Of a stretch of 50,207 nucleotides of DNA, positions 17,999 to 25,987 are shown in pieces (position 1 is the first letter of the stretch; each line of letters starts with the position of its first letter). The position numbers and the translations under genes are program-made. Source of the stretch: a virus (lineage: Duplodnaviria > Caudoviricetes). The notes beneath the pieces were generated by a model. It searched no databases. It saw only the letters and a program-made list of their open reading frames with translations, and was not told where the DNA came from. Location: positions 1 through 50,207 of the IMG/VR virus record IMGVR_UViG_3300005253_000377, one strand, 5' to 3'.

Positions 17999-18039
17999 TT
18001 CGGTGCTCTCAATTTAAAGTCTATAATTCCGAGGATCAT
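17995..18039 (-). repeat. 14-codon mini-ORF duplicating both polymerase junction sequences (MILGIID + LRAPK)
   Basis: ATGATCCTCGGAATTATAGACTT is 22/23 identical to the start of the pol C-fragment. LRAPK echoes LKAPK at the end of the pol N-fragment. Confidence 0.85.
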
Positions 18040-18042
18040 TAT

Positions 18043-18480
18043 TTACCTATTCCTGCAATTTTCGTCATGGGTTACAAACCTAATGTTTCCAGGTTCATAG
18101 TTACCATCATTATTAATTCTATCAATTTGCAATCCATGTGGATTAACTTGTAATTCATTAATAATGTAATCTATAAATTCGTTAGCATTTTTGAACAAAC
18201 ATTTAATGCCACGGCCACCATAGTTTTTATATTGTTTATAATTTGGATTAGTACAGCGTTTCTTCATTTCGTGAAAGCGTTGGCGAAGATAACCCATAAA
18301 AGTTTTTCTATATTTTTTCATATATTTAGCATGTTCAATTTTATGAGTCTGTTTATACTTTCGAGATTTTTCTTTAAGACAAACTTTACAACACGAGCTA
18401 AGCTTGCTTTTCAAATGATTATCTTTATAAAATTCAGATAAAGATTTAGTTTTCTTACATTTAGTGCAAGTTCTTTTCAT
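18043..18480 (-). CDS. HNH-family homing endonuclease-like protein
   Basis: N-terminal CTKC...CKVC, MKKRC.NPN...YGGRGI, QIDRINNDGNYEPGNIRFVT..NCRN. Confidence 0.85.
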   Translation of the reverse strand: MKRTCTKCKKTKSLSEFYKDNHLKSKLSSCCKVCLKEKSRKYKQTHKIEHAKYMKKYRKTFMGYLRQRFHEMKKRCTNPNYKQYKNYGGRGIKCLFKNANEFIDYIINELQVNPHGLQIDRINNDGNYEPGNIRFVTHDENCRNR

Positions 18481-19652
18481 CCTTTTGGAGCCTTTAGTAA
18501 ATTTCTTATTTTTTGTAATACCTCTGGAGTTCCAGCACCAGCACGGCCACGCCCAGGTAAGTTCTGCATGTTCACATTCTGTGTACCACTGTCACGCCCA
18601 GTATGCCCACCGTAGTAAAGTAGTGGACAGGCGAGCTTACCCCCCCGAAGTTCAGCCTGTCGTCGCATAGATTCCACTCGTTTGATCCAAGTAGGCCACG
18701 ACTTTGCAGCCTTGCGAGCCAGAGCAAGCTCGCGTACTATTGCTTCTGGATGTATGAGAAGCCGTTGAAAGAACAGATCGTCTTGAGCAAGTGCTGGAAT
18801 GTTGCCAATCTTACCAGCTTTCATCCCGACAGTTTCACCTTTAGGAAGCACGCTGGCTAATGCTTTAACAAATTGTGCTGATCTGATCGTTTCAATTATT
18901 GCTTTATGTTTTTTTAATTTATATTTCCACACCCATTCGGCTTTATTAAGAGCACTATATAATTCAATTTCCATCTCTGTTATAATCTCTTTAGCAAGCT
19001 CGAAGTCAAACTCGAACTGCGGGATCAGGAACATCTCCAGGGTGTGTTGCTGGAGTGGCAACTCCACCGCTGGATTCGTAAGAAGTGGGAGTAGTAATCT
19101 AAATAACAAAGTAGTGGCAATGGTGTCACCACGACAGTATTCTGCCGCTTTCTGTTGCTGCGTAGGCGACATGTCTCGCCAGTGTAAACCTTTTATCCAT
19201 GTATTGTCACCTTTTTGTACTCCTATATCATAACATTCACACAGTTTCTCAAGTTTATTTGGTCGCCTGGAGTCTTCGTGTCTCGCCAAATTCAGGGTAT
19301 CCACAGTATACTTCGGCGTGATGCCGAACTTCTCATGTAGAATCATCGCATCGAACATGAGGTTCTGGCCGACGAGTGTGCAGCCTTTGAGGTTCTTACC
19401 ATAATTATTCTGTAAGAAAGATATTGCATCTTCGATACGTTCTGGTGTAAAAAAACAACAGTTTTCAGGATCGCCAAACGGTTGCGTTGCTACAAACGCA
19501 CCCAGCCCACTGAACTCGAACCGATCATCGCAGATGTACTCGATGTAGCTGAGGTTGCTCAGCGAGTAATCCTTATCGAAGTAACTCTCGAAGTCGAGCG
19601 TGACGGCTGTTGTTGGGTAATGATATTTAGCTAAGATCTGTTGCCAGTTCAT
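18477..19652 (-). CDS. polA: Family A DNA polymerase, N-terminal fragment (3'-5' exonuclease + thumb)
   Basis: ExoI TLDFESYF, QNLMFD, YCRGD, HTGRDSG..NMQNLP, ends IRNLLKAPKG immediately before where motif A should follow. Confidence 0.9.
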   Translation of the reverse strand: MNWQQILAKYHYPTTAVTLDFESYFDKDYSLSNLSYIEYICDDRFEFSGLGAFVATQPFGDPENCCFFTPERIEDAISFLQNNYGKNLKGCTLVGQNLMFDAMILHEKFGITPKYTVDTLNLARHEDSRRPNKLEKLCECYDIGVQKGDNTWIKGLHWRDMSPTQQQKAAEYCRGDTIATTLLFRLLLPLLTNPAVELPLQQHTLEMFLIPQFEFDFELAKEIITEMEIELYSALNKAEWVWKYKLKKHKAIIETIRSAQFVKALASVLPKGETVGMKAGKIGNIPALAQDDLFFQRLLIHPEAIVRELALARKAAKSWPTWIKRVESMRRQAELRGGKLACPLLYYGGHTGRDSGTQNVNMQNLPGRGRAGAGTPEVLQKIRNLLKAPKG

Positions 19653-20107
19653 AAACTATATCCAGCTAATACAATTTGATAAGTTATGTTTACAGGGGGC
19701 CATTCTAAATTAATGCCTATACTTTTCATTGTAGATGTTACATTTACGCCATCACCTTCAGGACAGTTTATAATTATAAATTTTTTATGTTCTAATAAAA
19801 ATTTATGAACATATTCTTTTAATTGTTTCCTGGCCGTCGGTTGCCAATAAAGACAACATTCAATCTGACGTTTTGACCAATTAGAATGTTTTTCTTTCAT
19901 TTTTTTGCAATGAGCAGCAAAATTAAAAACACTCCAAATAACAAATACAGGTTTGCTTAAATTAATTTTTTCATCAATGGTTCTGCTGATTGGTGGACAT
20001 CCAACTTTATGATTATAATTGGGACAGCCTTTAGGATGATTAGTATATGCTCTAAAACAGAGCTGTCGTACACTAAAATCTAAAATTGGATTAATTTGTT
20101 TATACAT
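19649..20107 (-). CDS. DUF2284-like predicted metal-binding protein
   Basis: C...GCPNYNHKVGCPP and PEGDGVNVTST motifs. Confidence 0.55.
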   Translation of the reverse strand: MYKQINPILDFSVRQLCFRAYTNHPKGCPNYNHKVGCPPISRTIDEKINLSKPVFVIWSVFNFAAHCKKMKEKHSNWSKRQIECCLYWQPTARKQLKEYVHKFLLEHKKFIIINCPEGDGVNVTSTMKSIGINLEWPPVNITYQIVLAGYSL

Positions 20108-20294
20108 TTTTTGTACTTCCAAGATGATCATGGTGATAACTTGCAATACTAAAAACATTACAAAGTGGATATTTCATAATTAACGCATCTTTATATTCAA
20201 CACATAATAGATCACCTTTTGTATAAACAGCAATCACATTAATACATTTTTTAGGTGTTGATGATGTGTGAAAAATTATTTCAATCTTCATCAT
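20100..20294 (-). CDS. Hypothetical protein
   Basis: 64 aa, coupled ORF. Confidence 0.55.
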   Translation of the reverse strand: MMKIEIIFHTSSTPKKCINVIAVYTKGDLLCVEYKDALIMKYPLCNVFSIASYHHDHLGSTKNV

Positions 20295-20731
20295 TCCCCC
20301 TTCGGCGGCTTAAACTCGTAACCAGCTTCATCAGAACCCTGGATTGGCAGATCAAGCTGATGTGAAGTAATAAACTCGATCTTATCAAACAACGTTTCCA
20401 ATGTCTTCACACACTTTTGTCGCTGCGTAGGTGATAAGTCTTCTTCACAATACTTGTGCCAGGTTTCGATCATAGTTGTTACTAACGCAAACAAACATTG
20501 TGCAGCGTTCTTTTTCTCAGCCTTACTACCCTTCTTAGATTCATAGGGAAACTCGACTACATCTTTAATTTTACCACCCAGCGGCTTCCAGATGTTCATA
20601 TATCTATCTACAACCTGGATGTTTCGTGCCGAACCTTTGAATAGTTTATACATAGATTGTATAGTTCGGTACACACGCTTGCGTAGTTCAGAATTATGTT
20701 GTACTTGAATTTCATCAACTAATGTCATCAT
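20291..20731 (-). CDS. Hypothetical protein
   Basis: 146 aa with AGGAG RBS. Confidence 0.65.
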   Translation of the reverse strand: MMTLVDEIQVQHNSELRKRVYRTIQSMYKLFKGSARNIQVVDRYMNIWKPLGGKIKDVVEFPYESKKGSKAEKKNAAQCLFALVTTMIETWHKYCEEDLSPTQRQKCVKTLETLFDKIEFITSHQLDLPIQGSDEAGYEFKPPKGE

Positions 20732-20858
20732 ATTCTCCTGATATTAATACAATACCGTCATCTAAGGTTTCTATATCAACAATGTCACCACCATGAACTT
20801 TCACTGAGGCTTCCTGGTCGTATTCATCGAGTTCTGCTCTAAGCTGGCCGACATTCAT
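20715..20858 (-). CDS. Hypothetical 47-aa acidic protein (not in the ORF track)
   Basis: MNVGQLRAELDEYDQEASVKV..., GAAAGG RBS. Confidence 0.55.
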   Translation of the reverse strand: MNVGQLRAELDEYDQEASVKVHGGDIVDIETLDDGIVLISGEYDDIS

Positions 20859-20917
20859 TTCAATATCCTTTCATTAAGGAGATATGCGAGGATTTAAATC
20901 CTCGCACAGTGTCCACG

Positions 20918-21106
20918 TCATGAAGACTTATTACGAAAAGTATTACCAATTCGCAACCCATCTCTTTTAATTAAACCACGTTTCATTAATGCTTTGTATT
21001 TCTTTTCATAAGTAGCAAAACCAATCCTACCATTCATATACAAGTCACGAAGGTTCTGCTCTTCTCTGGTTGTACTGCGTGGTCTGCGTTTATCGCCCTT
21101 ACTCAT
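20918..21106 (-). CDS. Hypothetical basic protein
   Basis: MSKGDKRRPR N-terminus, TAATG coupling. Confidence 0.6.
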   Translation of the reverse strand: MSKGDKRRPRSTTREEQNLRDLYMNGRIGFATYEKKYKALMKRGLIKRDGLRIGNTFRNKSS

Positions 21107-21363
21107 TAGACTGACTCCACAATAATCTCAGTAATTTTACCAAGAACTCTTGTAATAGGTTCATCTCCCCATCCACCAGCCTCGCTAAACCACCAGGCAT
21201 CATTATTAGTTAAGAGCATTAATGTGTTTCCTGCATCATTAACTTTTTCAATAACAATAGCTTTTACAGAAGAATCAAGCTGAACTACTGTCCCTGGTTT
21301 GAGGTTTTGAAGTTTAATTTCTTTTATTCTTAATTGAATTGGTTTTTTGATTGTGATTTTCAT
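21106..21363 (-). CDS. Hypothetical protein
   Basis: 85 aa, similar layout to 26047..26268. Confidence 0.55.
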   Translation of the reverse strand: MKITIKKPIQLRIKEIKLQNLKPGTVVQLDSSVKAIVIEKVNDAGNTLMLLTNNDAWWFSEAGGWGDEPITRVLGKITEIIVESV

Positions 21364-22067
21364 TTTCTACTCCTGAATTTACTATCGTGATACTTCTCAC
21401 CCTTGCCGCAACACATTATAATATGCTGTGGTATTCCATCAATAACTACAGCAGCTGATAATACTGACCTGATAGTAGCAAACTTACCATAAGCAAACGC
21501 CATAGATTTATCATTTATTAATGACCCTACATCCATCCCAAACATCCTGCGTAATGGATTCACAAGCCACTTAATTCCACCAGCAGCATGAAAATGACCG
21601 AGAACACATGACATTCCCATTTTCTTCATTTTATTATATGCTGGATACATACTTGTACCTGCACCCTCACCATGTGAGTACAAAACACCATCAATGATAA
21701 ATTCATGTCCCCAAGTCCACCCAGGTGTTTTCCAAGTTTCTCCATATCCTCGAATAAACTGTTTAGGTATGTTGACAGATTCAGCAAGTCTTACAATTCG
21801 TCTGTCATGGTTTCCTAAACATATCCTTGCTTTTGGAAATGCTCTATGCCACCTTTTAAGACATTTAGAAGCAAGTTTGAACTCATCTTTTGGCCCCGGC
21901 ATTTCGGGATGGTGTGCGTGAAACGAGATTGAGTGCCAATCTGTCACATCACCAATGAATATGATTGTATCACATTTGTGTTCTTTTTTTATAGCTTTAC
22001 AAAACTGTAAAGCACCAGGGCGTGTAGATGGTTCATGTAAATCTGGAATTATGAGAACTCGGCTCAT
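21360..22067 (-). CDS. Calcineurin-like metallophosphoesterase
   Basis: PDLH, GDVTD, GNHD, SHG, GHFH motifs in canonical order. Confidence 0.9.
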   Translation of the reverse strand: MSRVLIIPDLHEPSTRPGALQFCKAIKKEHKCDTIIFIGDVTDWHSISFHAHHPEMPGPKDEFKLASKCLKRWHRAFPKARICLGNHDRRIVRLAESVNIPKQFIRGYGETWKTPGWTWGHEFIIDGVLYSHGEGAGTSMYPAYNKMKKMGMSCVLGHFHAAGGIKWLVNPLRRMFGMDVGSLINDKSMAFAYGKFATIRSVLSAAVVIDGIPQHIIMCCGKGEKYHDSKFRSRK

Positions 22068-22639
22068 ACTATTCTCTCCCCTTTAAGTTTATTATATATA
22101 AACAAGAATGTTTTTTCTGCTACTGAAGGATTCCAACATTCTATTCTATTATTTAAAGGTTTCAAGTTTCCCCTCCATCTTCTAAACTCTTCAGATAAGG
22201 GCATCAAATCCCGAATTTCCGTAAAATACATGTGATCGTCAGCTATTTTAACCTCCGCAGAATAGCTAAGATCAATCCCTAACGCTGTTCCAATAATCTT
22301 TTGAATTTTACTTTCCCATTCATGAACTGGTACGTAATGCTGGTTTACACTGACGGTTTCAGGTACATCTACTTGAAGAAGTTGTTTCCAGGGACTTGCA
22401 ATATCCCCAACATAAGCTTCCCCAGCATCGTGTAATAATCTTTTTAACGAATCACCCGGCAAGTCGGCCATAGCCGTCAATACACAATGTTGAGCTACCG
22501 AATAAAACTGCCGAACATGACCTGTATATCTACACATGTTCGCCAGTGAATGTGCAATATCTTCAATGCAAACCATATCTGGAGATGGGTTCAGTAAATC
22601 AAAAGATTTACCTGTATACGTTACAATCTTTGTGTTCAT
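22064..22639 (-). CDS. HD-domain 5'-deoxynucleotidase-like (YfbR-type) hydrolase
   Basis: IEDIAHSLA..CRYTGH...YSVAQHC...LLHDAGEAYVGDI.SPWK. Confidence 0.85.
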   Translation of the reverse strand: MNTKIVTYTGKSFDLLNPSPDMVCIEDIAHSLANMCRYTGHVRQFYSVAQHCVLTAMADLPGDSLKRLLHDAGEAYVGDIASPWKQLLQVDVPETVSVNQHYVPVHEWESKIQKIIGTALGIDLSYSAEVKIADDHMYFTEIRDLMPLSEEFRRWRGNLKPLNNRIECWNPSVAEKTFLFIYNKLKGERIV

Positions 22640-22901
22640 TTCGTTCCTTTCGTATGTAATAAGCCATCATTATAATCCACCAAACATTCATCGCAACAAT
22701 AAGTAAGCCACCAACTAAACTCATCCACTGTCTAAGAAACGGATAATAATACATGTTCCAAAAACCCCATAGAGCAAAATAACCTGTTGCTACAAAACTA
22801 ACACCCCTCACCTTTTTGTCTTTACGGAGTTTAAGACAATGTAGCATAACAAACATGCCACCACAAAGTTCAAACAGTCCATTTACGTTATCCTGCCACA
22901 T
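22608..22901 (-). CDS. Small 3-TM membrane protein, PQ-loop/SemiSWEET-like
   Basis: Start at MWQDNV. Three hydrophobic helices with a K..KVRGVS linker and WG.W..YY. Confidence 0.55.
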   Translation of the reverse strand: MWQDNVNGLFELCGGMFVMLHCLKLRKDKKVRGVSFVATGYFALWGFWNMYYYPFLRQWMSLVGGLLIVAMNVWWIIMMAYYIRKERNEHKDCNVYR

Positions 22902-23475
22902 CTTGCTTTTCCAAATACTGCTGCAACGCAGCTTTCGCGTCTGCTTCTGTTGGCCAGTAGCCGGGAGCTTCGCCGAATTTGTGACCATCTCCTTTGCCTG
23001 TACCATTACGAGTATGGAGCATCTCGTCTTTACGCAGATACATATCATCATGACCAAAATATGATGTATCAAGTGATTTTTTACAAACATACCATCCGCA
23101 ATCATCACCACGACCACCATAAAGGCATATCACCCACCCTTCAGGAACGATGAACTCAAAATACTTCTCTGTTAGCAAACCCTGAAGCAGCATACTATAA
23201 TTACGATCATCAGTAAGTTTCTCAACCCACCAGGCTTCAGGACGACAATCCTTGCCATTTAACAGTTCATCCAACCCCTGCCGAAGCGAACAGCGATGCT
23301 TGAGCCACATGCCACGTAGAGCTTCAATAGGTGATATGCCGTCCAGTTCAGCCGCGAGCTTGAAATTGAACAGTTTATCGGTCCCGTCAGCGTAGTCCGC
23401 TGACTTGCTACACATCACGTCTTTCATTCGTTGTGTTTCTCGTTCTACAAGTTTGTCGAATATCTGTATATCCAT
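22888..23475 (-). CDS. Nucleotide-modification-associated (DUF1599/MazG-like all-alpha) protein
   Basis: KSADYA...DKLFNFKLAA...KH...DDRNY pattern, next to nucleotide hydrolases. Confidence 0.55.
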   Translation of the reverse strand: MDIQIFDKLVERETQRMKDVMCSKSADYADGTDKLFNFKLAAELDGISPIEALRGMWLKHRCSLRQGLDELLNGKDCRPEAWWVEKLTDDRNYSMLLQGLLTEKYFEFIVPEGWVICLYGGRGDDCGWYVCKKSLDTSYFGHDDMYLRKDEMLHTRNGTGKGDGHKFGEAPGYWPTEADAKAALQQYLEKQDVAG

Positions 23476-23513
23476 AGTTTTCCTTTCAGATTATTTGCTC
23501 TTCGATTGTTAGT

Positions 23514-23542
23514 ATTATACCACAATCCAGCACCTGAGTCAA
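23514..23542 (-). promoter_or_regulatory. Sigma70-type promoter (TTGACT-17-TATAAT)
   Basis: GCTTGACTCAGGTGCTGGATTGTGGTATAAT. Confidence 0.8.
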
Positions 23543-23597
23543 GCTTTTTCTTTGAGTTTTATGAAATTTATTCGCACGCTTGCCACCGACCCACAGA

Positions 23598-23939
23598 TTA
23601 TAATAGTGTAGCTTGTTGAAGCGTATAAATGATTCGCCAACGCTTCTTAATTTGGTCAAATTGACACTGTGGATGGTCAACAAAGAAAACGTTAAAGACC
23701 ATATCATCCTCCTGTACACTGACCCAATCGAACGATGCCTCTTTATTTGCCCCATAAAAAGCCATGAAATCCTCTTTTCCTCCTTGTGAAACAGGGAAAC
23801 ATATATATTTCCAAACTTTAGGGGCAAATGTAAATAACTTGTTAAGTATTGGTCTTCCCGAGGCTGCATATTGTTTATCTACAATGTCAATGTATGTTAC
23901 TTCTAAACGTTCTAAAGCTAATACCGGAAAGTTTTTCAT
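23598..23939 (-). CDS. Hypothetical protein
   Basis: 113 aa, ATGA overlap with the upstream ORF. Confidence 0.5.
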   Translation of the reverse strand: MKNFPVLALERLEVTYIDIVDKQYAASGRPILNKLFTFAPKVWKYICFPVSQGGKEDFMAFYGANKEASFDWVSVQEDDMVFNVFFVDHPQCQFDQIKKRWRIIYTLQQATLL

Positions 23940-24142
23940 TCTTTCACCCTCTCATTCTTATGCTTAATAACTTCTACTAATCGCTGCCTAATAGCAGCAT
24001 CATCTGGCCCGAACTCCCAGGCATACGGAAAATATTCCAGCAGGTCTTCAACGGTATACACGCCGAGTTTGTTGAACAACTTGGCTCGGGCTGGCCCCAC
24101 GCCTGATACAAATTTAATTTCTGTATTTAGTTTCAAGCTCAC
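23936..24142 (-). CDS. Stand-alone helix-hairpin-helix protein resembling the RecG N-terminus
   Basis: IKFVSGVGPARAKLFNKLGVYTVEDLLEYFP. Confidence 0.7.
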   Translation of the reverse strand: MSLKLNTEIKFVSGVGPARAKLFNKLGVYTVEDLLEYFPYAWEFGPDDAAIRQRLVEVIKHKNERVKE

Positions 24143-24259
24143 AAGCTACCCCTACCGCAGTAGGGGACGCTTGGGAGTTTCACAATTAGAGATTTAGTAT
24201 TTTCCACATAGACCTTATTTTTTACCCCTCATGTATGCTTCTGTTACGAAGACTTAGTG

Positions 24260-24475
24260 TTAACGTATTGTTTCATTAAGTTTGGTCCACAGTTCACTAC
24301 GGTGGACAGTAGTAAAAGGATTAAGTTGTATATACCAACTATGTAATGCAGGAAGTGCGTGGCTAATTTTACAATGGTTACCTATCGCATGGAGTGAATC
24401 CACTTCCTCTTGACTTTCCAGCGTGACTATCACTGGCACAAACTGCTGTTTCGGTTTTGCTTGTTCTGCTTTCAT
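24260..24475 (-). CDS. Hypothetical protein
   Basis: GAAAGG RBS before MKAEQ. Confidence 0.55.
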   Translation of the reverse strand: MKAEQAKPKQQFVPVIVTLESQEEVDSLHAIGNHCKISHALPALHSWYIQLNPFTTVHRSELWTKLNETIR

Positions 24476-24486
24476 TTCTGTTCCTT

Positions 24487-24768
24487 TCAAAATTTCATTA
24501 TAATGTGGTTATCCATCCAGGATTCATAAGACAATATCTTTCCATGATTGTCATAATCATTCAGATTACCAGTATGCGGAGTTCGTGGTCGAATAAAACC
24601 CTTATAGAACAACTGCGGAGCTTTAGCTTTGAGTCGCTTGAGCTGCACATAGACCGTGTTCAAATGACAGTGTAATAACAAGGCTGCGTTCTTATAAGCC
24701 AGCCCGTAATGGTCTGGTGAACATAGCCGATAAGCTTCTTCTTCGTTTTCTGTAATCAAACGGTTCAT
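24487..24768 (-). CDS. Sigma70 region-4/LuxR-like HTH protein
   Basis: ITENEEEAYRL...GLAYKNAALLLHCHLNTVYVQLKR. Confidence 0.6.
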   Translation of the reverse strand: MNRLITENEEEAYRLCSPDHYGLAYKNAALLLHCHLNTVYVQLKRLKAKAPQLFYKGFIRPRTPHTGNLNDYDNHGKILSYESWMDNHIIMKF

Positions 24769-24929
24769 ACTATCTCAAAATTTACATCTTGAAAGTCATC
24801 ACTGTCGAGAACAATGTCACCGTTTCCGTAATCTTCTCGTACTTTGTCTTCAGCGTCATCACTGTTCTCTGCTTCTACTGTCACGATACGGCTTAACGTT
24901 TCTTCGATTTCTACTTCATACTCATCCAT
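24765..24929 (-). CDS. DpnD/PcfM-like small acidic protein (not in the ORF track)
   Basis: MDEYEVEIEETLSRIVTVEAENSDDAEDKVREDYGNGDIVLDSDDFQDVNFEIV, GAGG RBS. Confidence 0.75.
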   Translation of the reverse strand: MDEYEVEIEETLSRIVTVEAENSDDAEDKVREDYGNGDIVLDSDDFQDVNFEIV

Positions 24930-25073
24930 AATTTACCTCACTTTCATTTTGTCGGCGGTGGCAAGATTGCCTACATTATTGGCATCAGATACATGATGGT
25001 ATCCCAATAACGGACGGTGTCGACCCGCCATTCGCCACTATCGGCATATCTTGTCACGGCCTTTCATTTTAGT

Positions 25074-25102
25074 ATTATACCACATTCAATAACCCAAGTC
25101 AA
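25074..25102 (-). promoter_or_regulatory. Sigma70-type promoter (TTGACT-17-TATAAT)
   Basis: GCTTGACTTGGGTTATTGAATGTGGTATAAT. Confidence 0.8.
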
Positions 25103-25103
25103 G

Positions 25104-25514
25104 CTATTTCTGAAACTTTTTTTCAAAATCATCGACTGCACCGTGTAATCTACTGGCAATAATAGCAATCTGCTCGCTTTCCCATTCGTAATTACCGCGA
25201 GCCGATAGGTTGCCGAGCTTACGCATATCATCCAGGGTCTTAGTAAGCCGCTGCGTGGCCAATCGCGTGAAGTTAGCTGCTTTCACCTTGTTTGTGGGCA
25301 GCACAACGTCTGGTACAAGCGGCCTGACTACTTCTGGCTTGCGGTCTTTCAAAGATGGTGGCTTACTGTCTGGCTCGATGTCCTGGTCTGAGATTAGCTG
25401 CGGGTCGAGTTCATAGTTCTTGCAGGGCAGCTTGCCGAGCTTAACCTTATCTCTACCGACACAAGTTTTGACTCGATACAGAGTACATTCTTGACATAGT
25501 TTTGATATTTTCAT
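25104..25514 (-). CDS. Hypothetical protein
   Basis: Cys-rich N-terminus, helical C-terminal domain FTRLATQR...LGNLSARGNYEW. Confidence 0.6.
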   Translation of the reverse strand: MKISKLCQECTLYRVKTCVGRDKVKLGKLPCKNYELDPQLISDQDIEPDSKPPSLKDRKPEVVRPLVPDVVLPTNKVKAANFTRLATQRLTKTLDDMRKLGNLSARGNYEWESEQIAIIASRLHGAVDDFEKKFQK

Positions 25515-25517
25515 TTC

Positions 25518-25718
25518 TCATCCCCCCAATCCACAGGCCTTCATAAATTGTTCCCGGTCGAATCGCGGGTCTTGTGTTATGAAATAGTCGGCAAGATGTT
25601 CTGCAATATCTTCTGTTGCACCATGCCAGCCTATTTCAAAATTTGTACAATCACTTTTACCACCGATTACTGTTTTGATAATCTCCGCGACCGCCTTAAA
25701 ATCTTTTTTTGTTAGCAT
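25518..25718 (-). CDS. Small phage protein (MLTKKDF...PRFDREQFMKAC type)
   Basis: GAAAGGG RBS, motif common in phage early genes. Confidence 0.65.
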   Translation of the reverse strand: MLTKKDFKAVAEIIKTVIGGKSDCTNFEIGWHGATEDIAEHLADYFITQDPRFDREQFMKACGLGG

Positions 25719-25733
25719 CTGTTTCCCTTTCAG

Positions 25734-25970
25734 TTATTTTGCTTTTTCAATGGCAGTTTGTCTATCTATTCTAATCCACGACACACAACAATTATAAAAC
25801 TGTTGATATGTTTGGCTTTCTAACTTAACTGGAAAGTTCTCTAACGCAGCCAGTAAATCAGGTGCGGCAGCTTCCAGCTTCTCGCGTGCTTCACGTTCTG
25901 CTTGTTTGCGTTCTTGTTCTGCTTTGTGTTCTGCTGATAATGCTATATCAAATTGATGTCCATGATTCAT
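25734..25970 (-). CDS. Hypothetical protein with an AAAPDLLAAL motif
   Basis: Start moved to MNHGHQF because the upstream sequence is a hairpin element. Confidence 0.6.
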   Translation of the reverse strand: MNHGHQFDIALSAEHKAEQERKQAEREAREKLEAAAPDLLAALENFPVKLESQTYQQFYNCCVSWIRIDRQTAIEKAK

Positions 25971-25987
25971 TTTACACTCTTTCAAAT

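Noticed and set aside
17826-18480. Group I intron or intein in the polymerase
   Set aside because: The insert is coding from its first base with no room for P1-P9 elements. Stop codons and frame changes exclude an intein.
18028-18482. T4 gene 60-style ribosomal bypass (GGA-stop take-off, GGA landing in the mini-ORF)
   Set aside because: The gap is about 450 nt versus 50 nt in T4, a second hop would be needed, and ATGA coupling explains expression more simply. Only proteomics could revive it.
21360-23475. Z-genome (PurZ/DatZ/MazZ) pathway
   Set aside because: HD hydrolases are present but no PurZ/adenylosuccinate synthetase-like gene is visible
24142-24185. IS200/IS605 end or omega-RNA remnant
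   Set aside because: Only a superficial hairpin resemblance, and no tnpA, tnpB or iscB sequence nearby
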